A DNA stretch of 36,938 bases, from IMG/VR virus record IMGVR_UViG_3300021476_000012, positions 1-36,938 of that record; one strand, given 5' to 3'. The position numbers and the translations under genes are program-made. The notes below the pieces were generated by a model. It was not told the DNA's origin, searched no databases, and saw nothing but the letters and a program-made list of their open reading frames with translations. Positions 17,696 through 26,613 of the stretch are shown here, piece after piece (positions within the stretch are counted from its first letter, which is position 1; every line of letters begins with the position of its first letter). This DNA is from a virus (taxonomy: Duplodnaviria > Caudoviricetes).

Positions 17696-18004
17696 CTATT
17701 CCTTATGCCTTTCATGTCTCCAGCCATCAGCCATAGAGCCATGTTGTCCTACGGGCATACTGCCTGAACGTTGTTTTACGCGACTAATACCTTCTTGATG
17801 ATTATCATGAGAAGTACCGCCAATCAAATGGGTTGGGTTTGCGCCCATTTCATGGATTGGGGCATGTTTATGGGTGCCATGTTCTTTGTGATGCATTGAT
17901 TTATTGGCGGCATGCGCATGGTCACGCATTTTGTGATGCGACATTTCGTTCTTATGGTGGGGATGTCCGTCTTTATGGGCGTTCTTAGCATGGTGCTTTT
18001 TCAT
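17696..18004 (-). CDS. Histidine-rich small protein
   Basis: About 22 His in 102 aa; RBS hairpin GUGAA-AAGGAA-UUCAC at 18006-18021. Confidence 0.7.
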   Translation of the reverse strand: MKKHHAKNAHKDGHPHHKNEMSHHKMRDHAHAANKSMHHKEHGTHKHAPIHEMGANPTHLIGGTSHDNHQEGISRVKQRSGSMPVGQHGSMADGWRHERHKE

Positions 18005-18057
18005 GGTGAATTCCTTTTCACAATAATTAAGTTGTTGTCAATATATTATATCAAACA

Positions 18058-18219
18058 TCATATCTTTTCATATACATCATGCCAATAAATTATATGGTCA
18101 CATCTTGTACATGACCATCCATAGCCATCACGTGCTAAATGAAAATTTTTATAGGAATGTGACGTTAATAAGCAAAAAAAATGTTTTATTAATTGTAATA
18201 AATTTCTTCTTTTATACAT
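18058..18219 (-). CDS. Small hypothetical Cys/His protein (likely start MYKRRN)
   Basis: C...H...CTRC motif; follows upstream stop. Confidence 0.45.
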   Translation of the reverse strand: MYKRRNLLQLIKHFFCLLTSHSYKNFHLARDGYGWSCTRCDHIIYWHDVYEKI

Positions 18220-18220
18220 G

Positions 18221-18577
18221 TTATCCCCAAACGATTCCTTTGCCTTGGCAAGCACAGCAATCTTCATCTATTGTTCCGCTAATTTTTGTTCCGCCTTCTC
18301 CATCACAAACTGGACATTTATATGGTTTTTTATCAGAATTATTTGCTTTAATTTTTTCAATTACTTCCCATAACATATCTAAACTTGATTTATGACTTTT
18401 TAATACCATATCAATTTGCGCAAATTTATTATCACTTCCGCTAAAAGTATTAATAACTGTATAGGTTTTATTGCACTGACATACACATGGTGGCGGTGGC
18501 AAAATTGATCCCCAAGGCACATGACAATAACAATTACATGATATATTCGTACTAGACCCCGCACTAGAGACAACCAC
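18221..18577 (-). CDS. Hypothetical protein with DnaJ-type zinc finger
   Basis: CPVCDGEG...CCACQGKG. Confidence 0.65.
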   Translation of the reverse strand: MVVSSAGSSTNISCNCYCHVPWGSILPPPPCVCQCNKTYTVINTFSGSDNKFAQIDMVLKSHKSSLDMLWEVIEKIKANNSDKKPYKCPVCDGEGGTKISGTIDEDCCACQGKGIVWG

Positions 18578-18809
18578 GATAATGGTCTCCTTTCACAATA
18601 TACTCCTCTTTAGTTTCTAACATCCGACCAAGTGTAATATTTTTAGCCATTCGAACTTCGCGGTTCGCAAATGTCCATATCTCACCCGTATCATTAATAG
18701 CAATGACCCAATAAAGATCATTGTCCATCCCAGGATCGATAACAAACATCGCGTAGCCAAATCCTTTGGGTGTGTTCATCTCAATCAACGGTTCAAGCTG
18801 TAACATCAT
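18564..18809 (-). CDS. Hypothetical phage protein
   Basis: TPKGFGYAMFVID...DTGEIWTFAN; ATGA-coupled to upstream gene. Confidence 0.7.
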   Translation of the reverse strand: MMLQLEPLIEMNTPKGFGYAMFVIDPGMDNDLYWVIAINDTGEIWTFANREVRMAKNITLGRMLETKEEYIVKGDHYRGCL

Positions 18810-18985
18810 TTATGAAGTCCTTTTAAAGTCTTGGCTAATCTTGCGCGTTGCCCAATCTTCCCGCCTTTTTTTGCAGCAGCATTTAATTTCTTAGCTGGAA
18901 TCTTTTTACCTTGTGGAACACCAAGTTGTTTGTGAAGTGCTCCTTTTTTGAGTCCTATTTTCTGTATAAACTTTTCATTTGCCAT
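18806..18985 (-). CDS. Small basic phage protein (59 aa, MANEKFIQKIGLKKGALHKQLGVPQGKKIPAKKL...; not in ORF track)
   Basis: AGGAGG RBS; GALHKQLGVP.GKKIP...RARLAKTL motif recurrent in phage head clusters. Confidence 0.8.
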   Translation of the reverse strand: MANEKFIQKIGLKKGALHKQLGVPQGKKIPAKKLNAAAKKGGKIGQRARLAKTLKGLHK

Positions 18986-18993
18986 AAAACCTC

Positions 18994-19119
18994 CTAGGTT
19001 TTCCCCTTATGTTTACGTTCGTAGCGCCTATCATCTTCTTTCCGATCCTGACGCAAGATTTCTTTCTTCATCTTTTTAAGATCGCCTTTCTTAGCTACAT
19101 TTGTACATTTCTTTTTCAT
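18994..19119 (-). CDS. Small basic protein (41 aa, MKKKCTNVAKKGDLKKMKKEILRQDRKEDDRRYERKHKGKT)
   Basis: GGGGA RBS; stop overlaps next RBS. Confidence 0.6.
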   Translation of the reverse strand: MKKKCTNVAKKGDLKKMKKEILRQDRKEDDRRYERKHKGKT

Positions 19120-19122
19120 AAC

Positions 19123-19343
19123 TTATCCCCAATTTCTGTGTATAAAATTGTATATAGCCTTTACATAGCCTGTTAGTAACTTGTTAATTAATTCGTTAAA
19201 AATTTATCATCTTATTTAATCCACAGCTTTATACACAACTTATTATTTGAATAAGATATTGTTAAATATAATATATTTCATTTAATCCAAAAGATTGCCG
19301 ATCCTAATAACAAATATAAACATAAAAGATTATATTGTTATAG
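19123..19343. promoter_or_regulatory. DnaA-box cluster plus AT-rich tract (oriC-like)
   Basis: TTATCCCCA 19123, TGTGTATAA 19137, TAATCCACA 19217, TTATACACA 19229 in an ORF-free gap. Confidence 0.6.
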
Positions 19344-19526
19344 CTACATGTCTTTCCGTTTACCAAGATTACCCTTAGCAGGTTTTACCATCTTACGTCT
19401 GGTCTTATTAGTATCTTTAGCAACTGGCTTAACGCCTTTCTCAGTCTCATCCTTAGCTTTCTTTGAATTTTTGACCTTACGCTTATCATAAGGATTGATC
19501 TTTGCTTGCTTAGCTCGTGCGTCCAT
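19344..19526 (-). CDS. Lys/Arg-rich small protein
   Basis: AGGAG RBS, TAATG coupling. Confidence 0.65.
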   Translation of the reverse strand: MDARAKQAKINPYDKRKVKNSKKAKDETEKGVKPVAKDTNKTRRKMVKPAKGNLGKRKDM

Positions 19527-19678
19527 TATTTCTTTCTCCTTTTCGGAATCTTTGCACCTGACTTACGCGCTTGATTAAGACTGGCAGCAATAGCTTGTTT
19601 CTGGGGGTATCCACTTTCCATCATCTCACGAATGTTAGAACTCACAGTTTTTTTGGATTTTCCTTTCTTGAGTGGCAT
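19526..19678 (-). CDS. Small basic phage protein (50 aa, MPLKKGKSKKTVSSNIREMMESGYPQKQAIAASL...; not in ORF track)
   Basis: AGGAG RBS; MPLKKG...NI.E....G.PQKQA.A motif common near phage portals. Confidence 0.8.
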   Translation of the reverse strand: MPLKKGKSKKTVSSNIREMMESGYPQKQAIAASLNQARKSGAKIPKRRKK

Positions 19679-19864
19679 CTATCGTCTCCTATACAACTGA
19701 TCATACTCAGCGCGTCTCTGTGTTGCATTAGCGCCATCAAGATGTGTTCGAACTTGAACTTCAAGTTGTCTGTCAGTCAGCTTGTACACACGCTTCAAGT
19801 CCTTTGGTGTTGCATTATGCAAGTCATTCCATGTTACTCTCTGTCTTTCTACTTTCTGCATCAT
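19679..19864 (-). CDS. Hypothetical basic protein
   Basis: ATGA-coupled to portal stop. Confidence 0.65.
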   Translation of the reverse strand: MMQKVERQRVTWNDLHNATPKDLKRVYKLTDRQLEVQVRTHLDGANATQRRAEYDQLYRRR

Positions 19865-21996
19865 CTCGCTCCTTGAGATTGTCTTGGTTGTGTCATCTTA
19901 TAATGTGTCTCTATCGCTTCACGCATATGTCTGTGTCGCTGGTCTTTATGCGCGATCTGCAATTCAACTTCTTTGGAAAAACGCTCTGTATTGGCTTTGA
20001 CTAGCTGTACCATATTGGCATTTTGTTGGCTCTTTAGATCAGCCATCACTTTGATTTGGTCTTGCTGAAGCTTAGCAATGTCTAATTGCGTTTGTGCCTC
20101 ATGTTTTTTAGCGTCAAGCTCTAATCTAGCCTTATCATTTTGCATCTTTAGCATAGCAGGATTGTTCATCATCTCTTGTTTTTTCTGTTCCATGGCCATG
20201 GCTTTTTGTTGTTGCATTTCTTGCAGCCAACCTTCAACCATTTTCTTCAACTGCTCAATGCCTTTGCCTTCCATGTTGTCAAGAACAAATGGCAGTCCTT
20301 TCTCTGCAATGAACTGTGCAAACAATGTCGACATGCCCATCATTTCTTTGACCATCATAATCGTACGGGACTTCTGTACTTGGAACGATGCGCCCGCTTT
20401 CACGACCACATTTAAAGCATTTGCATCGAAGAACATATTGAACCCTTGTCCTTGCATGCCTTGTTGCCCCTGTTGCTGGCTTTGGTTTATCTTCACATAA
20501 TCACGTTGTCCTTCAAGGTCGCGAACAGGCAATGTTCGAGGTGTAGTATAATATTTGGGCAGTAAATCCACATAGATTTGGGCTGCTCTCTGATATCCTT
20601 GAAGATAACCAACAATATAAGGCATAGCTGCCGCATTCGATTGGGTCGCCGCTTCAACAAGGGCGATGCCCGATAATTGGTTATTATTGATCCCGAGAGA
20701 GGCATCGTATGATCCTAATATGGTTTGTATTAATGAATCTGAACCTGTGAACGCTTGTAATATTTCAGGCGGCGCAGGAATCTTCCCAATCTCACGAATA
20801 GGATCAGGAATAGGTTGGTCAGGGTTCTCTTCATAAAATGCATTGACGACGATATTTGAGGGCTTCTGGATGTCTTTAATAGCTTGCATCCACATGTCTT
20901 CTTTCGGTAAGGCTTCTTTCTTGATAATGAACTTATGTTGAACAATATTTTCAATTTCATTGGCAAGCGCAATACCCGAATAGTTCTTTAATCTCTGCGC
21001 GCCTTTAGCATGATAGACATATGGTCGTGTTACTTGGCGAACATTGCCGTTCTTAGGCGTCTTAACAAGGACTGAGTTGCCATCCACGAAAATAATCGGC
21101 AAGAACTTAAAATCTGTTTCCACATATTCGAGTACTTGGTTTTCAATTAGCCTGAACCGGCAAACCGTCTCTATCTCTGTCATGCGGGGCTCGCCAATGA
21201 TCTCGGGTGGCATCTCATATTCACCCCACGTAGAAAGCATCTTATTATACTCTTTCTTCGTCATCACACGGCCATCACGGACTTGAACAATGCTGACGCG
21301 TTTCTTCTTTTTCTCGTAATAGTCTGCAACGATCAATGTTGGTGTTTGGTCGTTCAAATACGACCAATTAAACCCCGCAAAGTCGCGTCGGAAGTTCATC
21401 TCATCGACTTTCACATCGGGAAATTGTTCTTCAAAGTCTTCTTTTGCCATTGGGAACAGTTCATAACAAAACCGTCCATCACCTTTATGGCTATGTCGTG
21501 CGAGCTGGTCAAACCCGCATAGAGTAGGATCAAACACACGCTCTATAAATATCATTTGATCAAATGACATGGCATGCGCATAATCAGTTTTAACTTTTAG
21601 ACAACTAAATCCACCACTTAGTAAATCCTTATAGACTTCATATCGAGTATGATAATTAGCAGAATCGGTCAAGGTATGGCGCAAATGGTCTTCAACGACG
21701 CGGATAGTCATTGGATCGGCGGTATTTTGATCATCCGCTGAGACTTCAATGTCAGGCTCTTGCTTGGAAAACTCGCCTAATAATCGGGATATATAGGCTT
21801 CCAACACATTAAACTCAAGCTGAGGCTTAGATAGTTGCATGAGCAAAGTGATTTCTTCACTCTTAAGCGATGTCTCAAATACAAACCGTTTAAATTCATT
21901 GTATCGGTCATAATTTGGCTTAAAATAGTCATGCGACCGTCTAACATTGGTCTTGATGCGGGTAAGGTTGTCTTGATGCAGTTTTGCCACTTCCAT
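19861..21996 (-). CDS. Portal protein, P22-like
   Basis: 711 aa; KPQLEFNVL, AKGAQRLKNY, LSGIAL motifs; long Q-rich C-terminal coiled-coil barrel. Confidence 0.9.
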   Translation of the reverse strand: MEVAKLHQDNLTRIKTNVRRSHDYFKPNYDRYNEFKRFVFETSLKSEEITLLMQLSKPQLEFNVLEAYISRLLGEFSKQEPDIEVSADDQNTADPMTIRVVEDHLRHTLTDSANYHTRYEVYKDLLSGGFSCLKVKTDYAHAMSFDQMIFIERVFDPTLCGFDQLARHSHKGDGRFCYELFPMAKEDFEEQFPDVKVDEMNFRRDFAGFNWSYLNDQTPTLIVADYYEKKKKRVSIVQVRDGRVMTKKEYNKMLSTWGEYEMPPEIIGEPRMTEIETVCRFRLIENQVLEYVETDFKFLPIIFVDGNSVLVKTPKNGNVRQVTRPYVYHAKGAQRLKNYSGIALANEIENIVQHKFIIKKEALPKEDMWMQAIKDIQKPSNIVVNAFYEENPDQPIPDPIREIGKIPAPPEILQAFTGSDSLIQTILGSYDASLGINNNQLSGIALVEAATQSNAAAMPYIVGYLQGYQRAAQIYVDLLPKYYTTPRTLPVRDLEGQRDYVKINQSQQQGQQGMQGQGFNMFFDANALNVVVKAGASFQVQKSRTIMMVKEMMGMSTLFAQFIAEKGLPFVLDNMEGKGIEQLKKMVEGWLQEMQQQKAMAMEQKKQEMMNNPAMLKMQNDKARLELDAKKHEAQTQLDIAKLQQDQIKVMADLKSQQNANMVQLVKANTERFSKEVELQIAHKDQRHRHMREAIETHYKMTQPRQSQGAR

Positions 21997-22068
21997 TGTG
22001 ACAGTTCCTCTATCCTTAGGGGATGAATAGAGTATATTATAATCAGAATAGAGATAAAATCTAAATCA

Positions 22069-22629
22069 TTACGCCATTATCTTTTCAAACAAATGCCACA
22101 CAAATTTCCCTTGATAAGTCTGTATTGTCCCGATATATCCCAACCATGATGGATCAAACTCTTGTCCAGTTCCAACAAGAACAAAATGTCTCAATACCTT
22201 TTTGTTCTTTGGTTCAACGAGTGCCCATATAAAAGCAACCTCATTCTGGACTTGAAATGATAAAATATGTGCACCTAATGGCATTTCAATGTGAAAATTA
22301 TTTTCTATTGGAACGTGATATTTATATATTCTTTTCATCTTATTTTCTGGAACATGACCAGTAGGAATAGTATCAATCCCAGTTTCATTTTCAGCAGCAT
22401 CTTTGATCCATTTTTCTGTTGCTTCGAATTTCATTTGTTCTTTCTCCGGCGGATTTGGTAATGGCATCCAATGAGTGATATTAATAGGTGTCATAGTAAA
22501 ATCAATTAAATCAAAAAAATATCCTTTCTTTTTATAACCTATTGATACTTTTTTATCTAAAATATTAAAAAATAATATTTCATCTTCGTCATCAGGTAAT
22601 CTATTTTTAATGTTTATCCATTCATTCAT
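22069..22629 (-). CDS. DUF551-like domain fused to a second phage domain
   Basis: WINIKNRLP...ITHWMPLPNPP, then MKRIYKY...IWALV...FVWHLFE. Confidence 0.75.
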   Translation of the reverse strand: MNEWINIKNRLPDDEDEILFFNILDKKVSIGYKKKGYFFDLIDFTMTPINITHWMPLPNPPEKEQMKFEATEKWIKDAAENETGIDTIPTGHVPENKMKRIYKYHVPIENNFHIEMPLGAHILSFQVQNEVAFIWALVEPKNKKVLRHFVLVGTGQEFDPSWLGYIGTIQTYQGKFVWHLFEKIMA

Positions 22630-22784
22630 CAATCACCCATTAAATGTTCTTTCATCTTAATCCATCTTTCTTTTTCACAATCAAAACAAAACTTTCTAAA
22701 TACAGGCAATCCATTTGCGAAATAAGCCAAAATCGGCAATACAAATATATTTTCTTTTTTACAATTTTGGCAAGTTTCAATCAT
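22629..22784 (-). CDS. Small zinc-finger-like protein (51 aa; not in ORF track)
   Basis: MIETCQNC...VCFDCE; TGATG coupling to next gene. Confidence 0.5.
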   Translation of the reverse strand: MIETCQNCKKENIFVLPILAYFANGLPVFRKFCFDCEKERWIKMKEHLMGD

Positions 22785-22811
22785 CTATTAGAGTGCCATT
22801 AATTAATATTA

Positions 22812-23300
22812 TTACTTAGATATTTTTAGCAACGCATTTGCTTCTTTCTCATCATTTTCTGCACAGGTTATTTTGGTAAATGCAGATATCTTATAATTTC
22901 CTTCAATTTGTTTTTGCACAGTTCCATAATTATATGATGTATCTCTAAAATCGCCGCGCGGAAAAATCTCTATGCTACGTTTAAATGTATTCATAGCATC
23001 TTCACTTTTTAATGTGAATATATATTCATACCGTTTATTTTCGTTTGTTTCATTGCGAAGCTTAACTGAATGCAAAGATTGAATTTTGACATATTCTTTA
23101 ACTTTGCCTTTCGCATCTTGCGTATATACTTCAGCTTCTGTAGACATTGTTTTTTTAGAATTATCATTAGGCACTATTGAACCATTAAAATTTGGTGTTT
23201 CTTTATACTCCTCACTAATAATTTTAAAGTTTTTTCCTTCATAGGCTTGAACATTTAAAGCCAAAGCAGGTAAACATAATAATGTAATTTTTTTTATCAT
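22812..23300 (-). CDS. Exported protein with signal peptide (moron)
   Basis: MIKKITLLCLPALALNVQA-YEG Sec signal; AT-rich flanks. Confidence 0.75.
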   Translation of the reverse strand: MIKKITLLCLPALALNVQAYEGKNFKIISEEYKETPNFNGSIVPNDNSKKTMSTEAEVYTQDAKGKVKEYVKIQSLHSVKLRNETNENKRYEYIFTLKSEDAMNTFKRSIEIFPRGDFRDTSYNYGTVQKQIEGNYKISAFTKITCAENDEKEANALLKISK

Positions 23301-23345
23301 TTTATTTCCTTAATTTTTATTAATAATATTATTTATAATTTAAAG

Positions 23346-24875
23346 TTATTCATACGCTTTCTTCTTCATCTGATCAATCCGATTAAACCCAGACATCATG
23401 TTCTTTGCCATTTTATTATAATCATCCGGCGTGCTAGGGCTTGGCACAATCGTGCCATCAATCAATGACAATTTAATTGCATCGCACATCGTATCGCAAA
23501 TATCATCAAATCGATGTGAATTATTAGCAGTTATCTTCCTCATGTGCTCAACAAACATTTCAGTATGTCTCCCACTTTCAGACAATGAAACTAATCGTTG
23601 AGCAACATAAGGTTGAGCTTCCAAAAACCTTGTCGTCTTACTTCCTGATGCTTTTGTGCGCTCAATATCAATGATGCGCATTCCTGGGTAGCGTTTTAAT
23701 ACAGAAGCTAATGTTACACCAGTAGATTTTTTCTCAATCGCAACAATCGATGGCTTGACTTTATATCGCATACAACCAGCATAGAAATTAAACAATGTGT
23801 TCTCTAAATCTTTAGGCTCAATACGTGTCTCCAAACAATCAATGCAATGTAGTCCTCGTTGTCCGGTTTCTACGTCTTTAATTTTAATATCGTAAATTCC
23901 CCAAAATGAAAACACTGTTGCATCATTATAATCTTTGTCCGTTTCTGCCGTATCAATGGTTAGAAATGTTGCAAGCATTTGTGGTTCATGTTCAAGTATC
24001 GGGAACCACTCCGTTTTAAATATACCGCCACCTGCAGGCTGAGGGTCTTGCTGATATTGTGCAGCAAAGACATAAGGGTTTTCATGCTGCATTTTTCGAA
24101 GAGTTTTAATATCATGCATCTGTGGATGTAAAGCATTGCCAGCAACATCAATTGCAGGAATAATCAATGTTTCCCATTCATTGGTTTTAATAAGATTAGC
24201 GACCAAATCATCTTCATGTAATCTTTGGCCGATAAATATAATGGGTGTAGTGCGGGAATTAACTCGACTTTGCAGCGTGTTATAATACCAATCGTTGATT
24301 CCTTCCCTAATAGTGTCAGATGTAACTTCGTCAGGCTTATGGATATCATCCACAACAATGCATCCACCAAAGTGATTACTATTTTTAATGCCAGCACCGC
24401 GCCCAGTAATAGTACCACCGGCACCTGCAGCATAAACGCTCCCACCTGTTGACACTTCAAAATTATCTTTCGCACTCACATCATCCTTTATTTTTACATC
24501 AAAAAAATAATCGTACATTAATAACTGAATAATTTGTTTAATTGTGTAAGTTTGTTTCTTTGCAAGCGAATGTGAATAACTAACATAAAGAAAATTACTG
24601 TCAGGATAACGTGCTAATGCCCACGCTACAAAATGAATTAACATTTCAGTTTTCCCATAACGTGGTGGAACATTAATAATTAGTCGATTACATTCACCTT
24701 TGATAACACGATGCAATGCATCAGCTATTTCAATATAATGTGAAATTCGCCCATCAGGAAAAGACAACTCAAATTTTCTTCCTGTGCGTTCTTTATAAAA
24801 ACACTGAGTAAATTTTATTAATGATGACATCAACTCACATGTTAAATCATATTTCTTTTTATTATTTTGATTCAT
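23346..24875 (-). CDS. terL: Terminase large subunit
   Basis: Walker A PPRYGKT, Walker B IVVDD, QRLHEDD, AQYQQDP, nuclease IDTA...HRFDDICD. Confidence 0.96.
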   Translation of the reverse strand: MNQNNKKKYDLTCELMSSLIKFTQCFYKERTGRKFELSFPDGRISHYIEIADALHRVIKGECNRLIINVPPRYGKTEMLIHFVAWALARYPDSNFLYVSYSHSLAKKQTYTIKQIIQLLMYDYFFDVKIKDDVSAKDNFEVSTGGSVYAAGAGGTITGRGAGIKNSNHFGGCIVVDDIHKPDEVTSDTIREGINDWYYNTLQSRVNSRTTPIIFIGQRLHEDDLVANLIKTNEWETLIIPAIDVAGNALHPQMHDIKTLRKMQHENPYVFAAQYQQDPQPAGGGIFKTEWFPILEHEPQMLATFLTIDTAETDKDYNDATVFSFWGIYDIKIKDVETGQRGLHCIDCLETRIEPKDLENTLFNFYAGCMRYKVKPSIVAIEKKSTGVTLASVLKRYPGMRIIDIERTKASGSKTTRFLEAQPYVAQRLVSLSESGRHTEMFVEHMRKITANNSHRFDDICDTMCDAIKLSLIDGTIVPSPSTPDDYNKMAKNMMSGFNRIDQMKKKAYE

Positions 24876-25221
24876 GCGAGTCTAAATGTTCGCGGGCTTT
24901 ATCGGAAATATCGTGATGATGAGTATTTTCAGTTTCAGTTTTATCTTTCCAACCAAAACGGTTCTTCATATTCATGTACCAAGTTGTAGGATTGAAATCT
25001 TTTTCACGCAATGAAATCCGACCTTGTTTCATCCACCAAGCCTTAGAAAATTCACGTCCTTTTTTTATGGCATGCATAAATTCCGGGTATTTTTCCATCC
25101 AAAGATAAATAGTTGAACAGCCAACATCAAGCTCTAATCCTATTTCTTCAATAGAATATCCTTCTTTCAACAAAGGAATAATTTTTTCACAATATTCTGG
25201 TTTATAATCTGTTGGTCTCAT
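24862..25221 (-). CDS. terS: Terminase small subunit
   Basis: RPTDYKPEYCE N-terminus, HTH, W...YPEF..A; directly upstream of terL. Confidence 0.88.
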   Translation of the reverse strand: MRPTDYKPEYCEKIIPLLKEGYSIEEIGLELDVGCSTIYLWMEKYPEFMHAIKKGREFSKAWWMKQGRISLREKDFNPTTWYMNMKNRFGWKDKTETENTHHHDISDKAREHLDSHESK

Positions 25222-25445
25222 AATAATCTTTTGTAATAAAAAAATTTATCAATCTCATCATTAGATAATTGTAAAAATTTAATAAGTAAATCCTTATTTT
25301 TACCTGCGGGACGAAATCTATTTCTTTCCCAGCTTCTTAACGTGTCGTCTCCGACACCTAACATTTTACTGAATTCTATCTTTCCATATCCTAATAATTC
25401 ACGCTTTACTTTAATAAATTCACCGAGTGTTAATTTATCTAACAC
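25218..25445 (-). CDS. XRE-family HTH protein
   Basis: LGEFIKVKRELLGY...FSKMLGV...TLRSWERN...P. Confidence 0.85.
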   Translation of the reverse strand: MLDKLTLGEFIKVKRELLGYGKIEFSKMLGVGDDTLRSWERNRFRPAGKNKDLLIKFLQLSNDEIDKFFYYKRLL

Positions 25446-25710
25446 GTAGTCTTCCTCTCTTTTTAGGTTCTAGTTTATTAAATTCATCTTCAAACATTTC
25501 TTTCGCTTTATCTTGCGAAACATTTTCATTTTGAGCAATCTTATCAACAGCTTTATTATATTCAGGAGAATTTTTAACGTCTTCATAAAAATCCTCATAT
25601 TCAATTTTACCGCGTCCGTCGCAATCTTCGCAATCTTGCAACATCATCCCGCCGCCCATCACTTTACCTGAGCCATGACATGTTTTGCAGCGTACTTTCT
25701 TAACAATCAT
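25435..25710 (-). CDS. DnaJ-type zinc-finger protein
   Basis: CKTCHGSG...CEDCDGRG; basic C-terminus. Confidence 0.75.
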   Translation of the reverse strand: MIVKKVRCKTCHGSGKVMGGGMMLQDCEDCDGRGKIEYEDFYEDVKNSPEYNKAVDKIAQNENVSQDKAKEMFEDEFNKLEPKKRGRLRVR

Positions 25711-25767
25711 TACAAAGTCCTTTAATATGAATAATTATTATACATGAAAATATGAATAATAAAAGTA

Positions 25768-25796
25768 TTGTTAATATGTGATATAAGCGATATTAT
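25768..25796 (+). promoter_or_regulatory. Promoter TTGTTA-17-TATTAT with GTGATAT..GCGATAT operator-like motif
   Basis: Motif nearly identical to 29716-29733. Confidence 0.5.
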
Positions 25797-25825
25797 TGTA
25801 TCACTTATTAATGAGGAGAAATAAA

Positions 25826-25966
25826 ATGTTTCAGGTCATCTTAAATAAAAAAGTAATCGGTAAATTTTCAACACTTCAAAATGCAAAAATTTTTAGACTA
25901 GATTTTCTAATTAAAAATCCTGATTATAAAAGCCATTCGTTAACAATAAATTTAATATTGCATTAA
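25826..25966 (+). CDS. Small hypothetical protein (46 aa, MFQVILNKKVIGKFSTLQNAK...)
   Basis: GAGGAG RBS and upstream promoter. Confidence 0.55.
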   Translation: MFQVILNKKVIGKFSTLQNAKIFRLDFLIKNPDYKSHSLTINLILH

Positions 25967-26009
25967 TACTAATCAAATATATTATAAGTAACTTTACGAG
26001 GATAAGCCC

Positions 26010-26309
26010 ATGAGAACTGCGATACCATTTGATACTTTACTTTATATGGAAGAACTAAGAGATTCAGGAATGGATGTAAAACAAGCAGAAGCAATCACAA
26101 AAGCAAATGCGAAAGCATTAAATGAAATGTTAGAACTACGAGAACTTGCAACGAAAAAAGACATCAAAGAAATAGAAGTGAAAATCAGAGAACAAGAATT
26201 AAAACTAACAAAATTAATTCAAGAAAGTATGTGGAAAACCATTGGCTTAATCGTAACATTTCAAACATTAGTCGGTAGTATGTTCTTCTTCACACAATAC
26301 TTTAATTGA
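26010..26309 (+). CDS. DUF1640/CCDC90-like coiled-coil membrane-anchored protein
   Basis: FDTL...L.DSGM...QAEAIT...LATKKDI, C-terminal TM. Confidence 0.8.
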   Translation: MRTAIPFDTLLYMEELRDSGMDVKQAEAITKANAKALNEMLELRELATKKDIKEIEVKIREQELKLTKLIQESMWKTIGLIVTFQTLVGSMFFFTQYFN

Positions 26310-26613
26310 CTTGCTTGTCCCAAACTAACTTAACATTGATCTCAGCCACGGAAGGCATTTGTGGTGAGTTCACAAAATAATGTTTAAATTGTTCTTCAAC
26401 TTGCGACAATTTGTCATGGACATCTGGATCATTGCTCATAATGTCTGGCAATGTATGGACATCAGTTGGTTTCACATCAAATACATTCGACAATAATGAC
26501 ATTGCAAAATTCATGCCGATTCCTGCAATAGGTGAGCCAATTGCCGAGGCGACTGCAGGGGCTGATTTTTCAATCACTGGCAAAACTGCTGATAAAATGT
26601 CCTTAAAGTTCAT
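26302..26613 (-). CDS. Lysis-cassette protein (holin-like N-terminus)
   Basis: APAVASAIGSPIAG motif; coupled to lysozyme. Confidence 0.5.
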   Translation of the reverse strand: MNFKDILSAVLPVIEKSAPAVASAIGSPIAGIGMNFAMSLLSNVFDVKPTDVHTLPDIMSNDPDVHDKLSQVEEQFKHYFVNSPQMPSVAEINVKLVWDKQVN

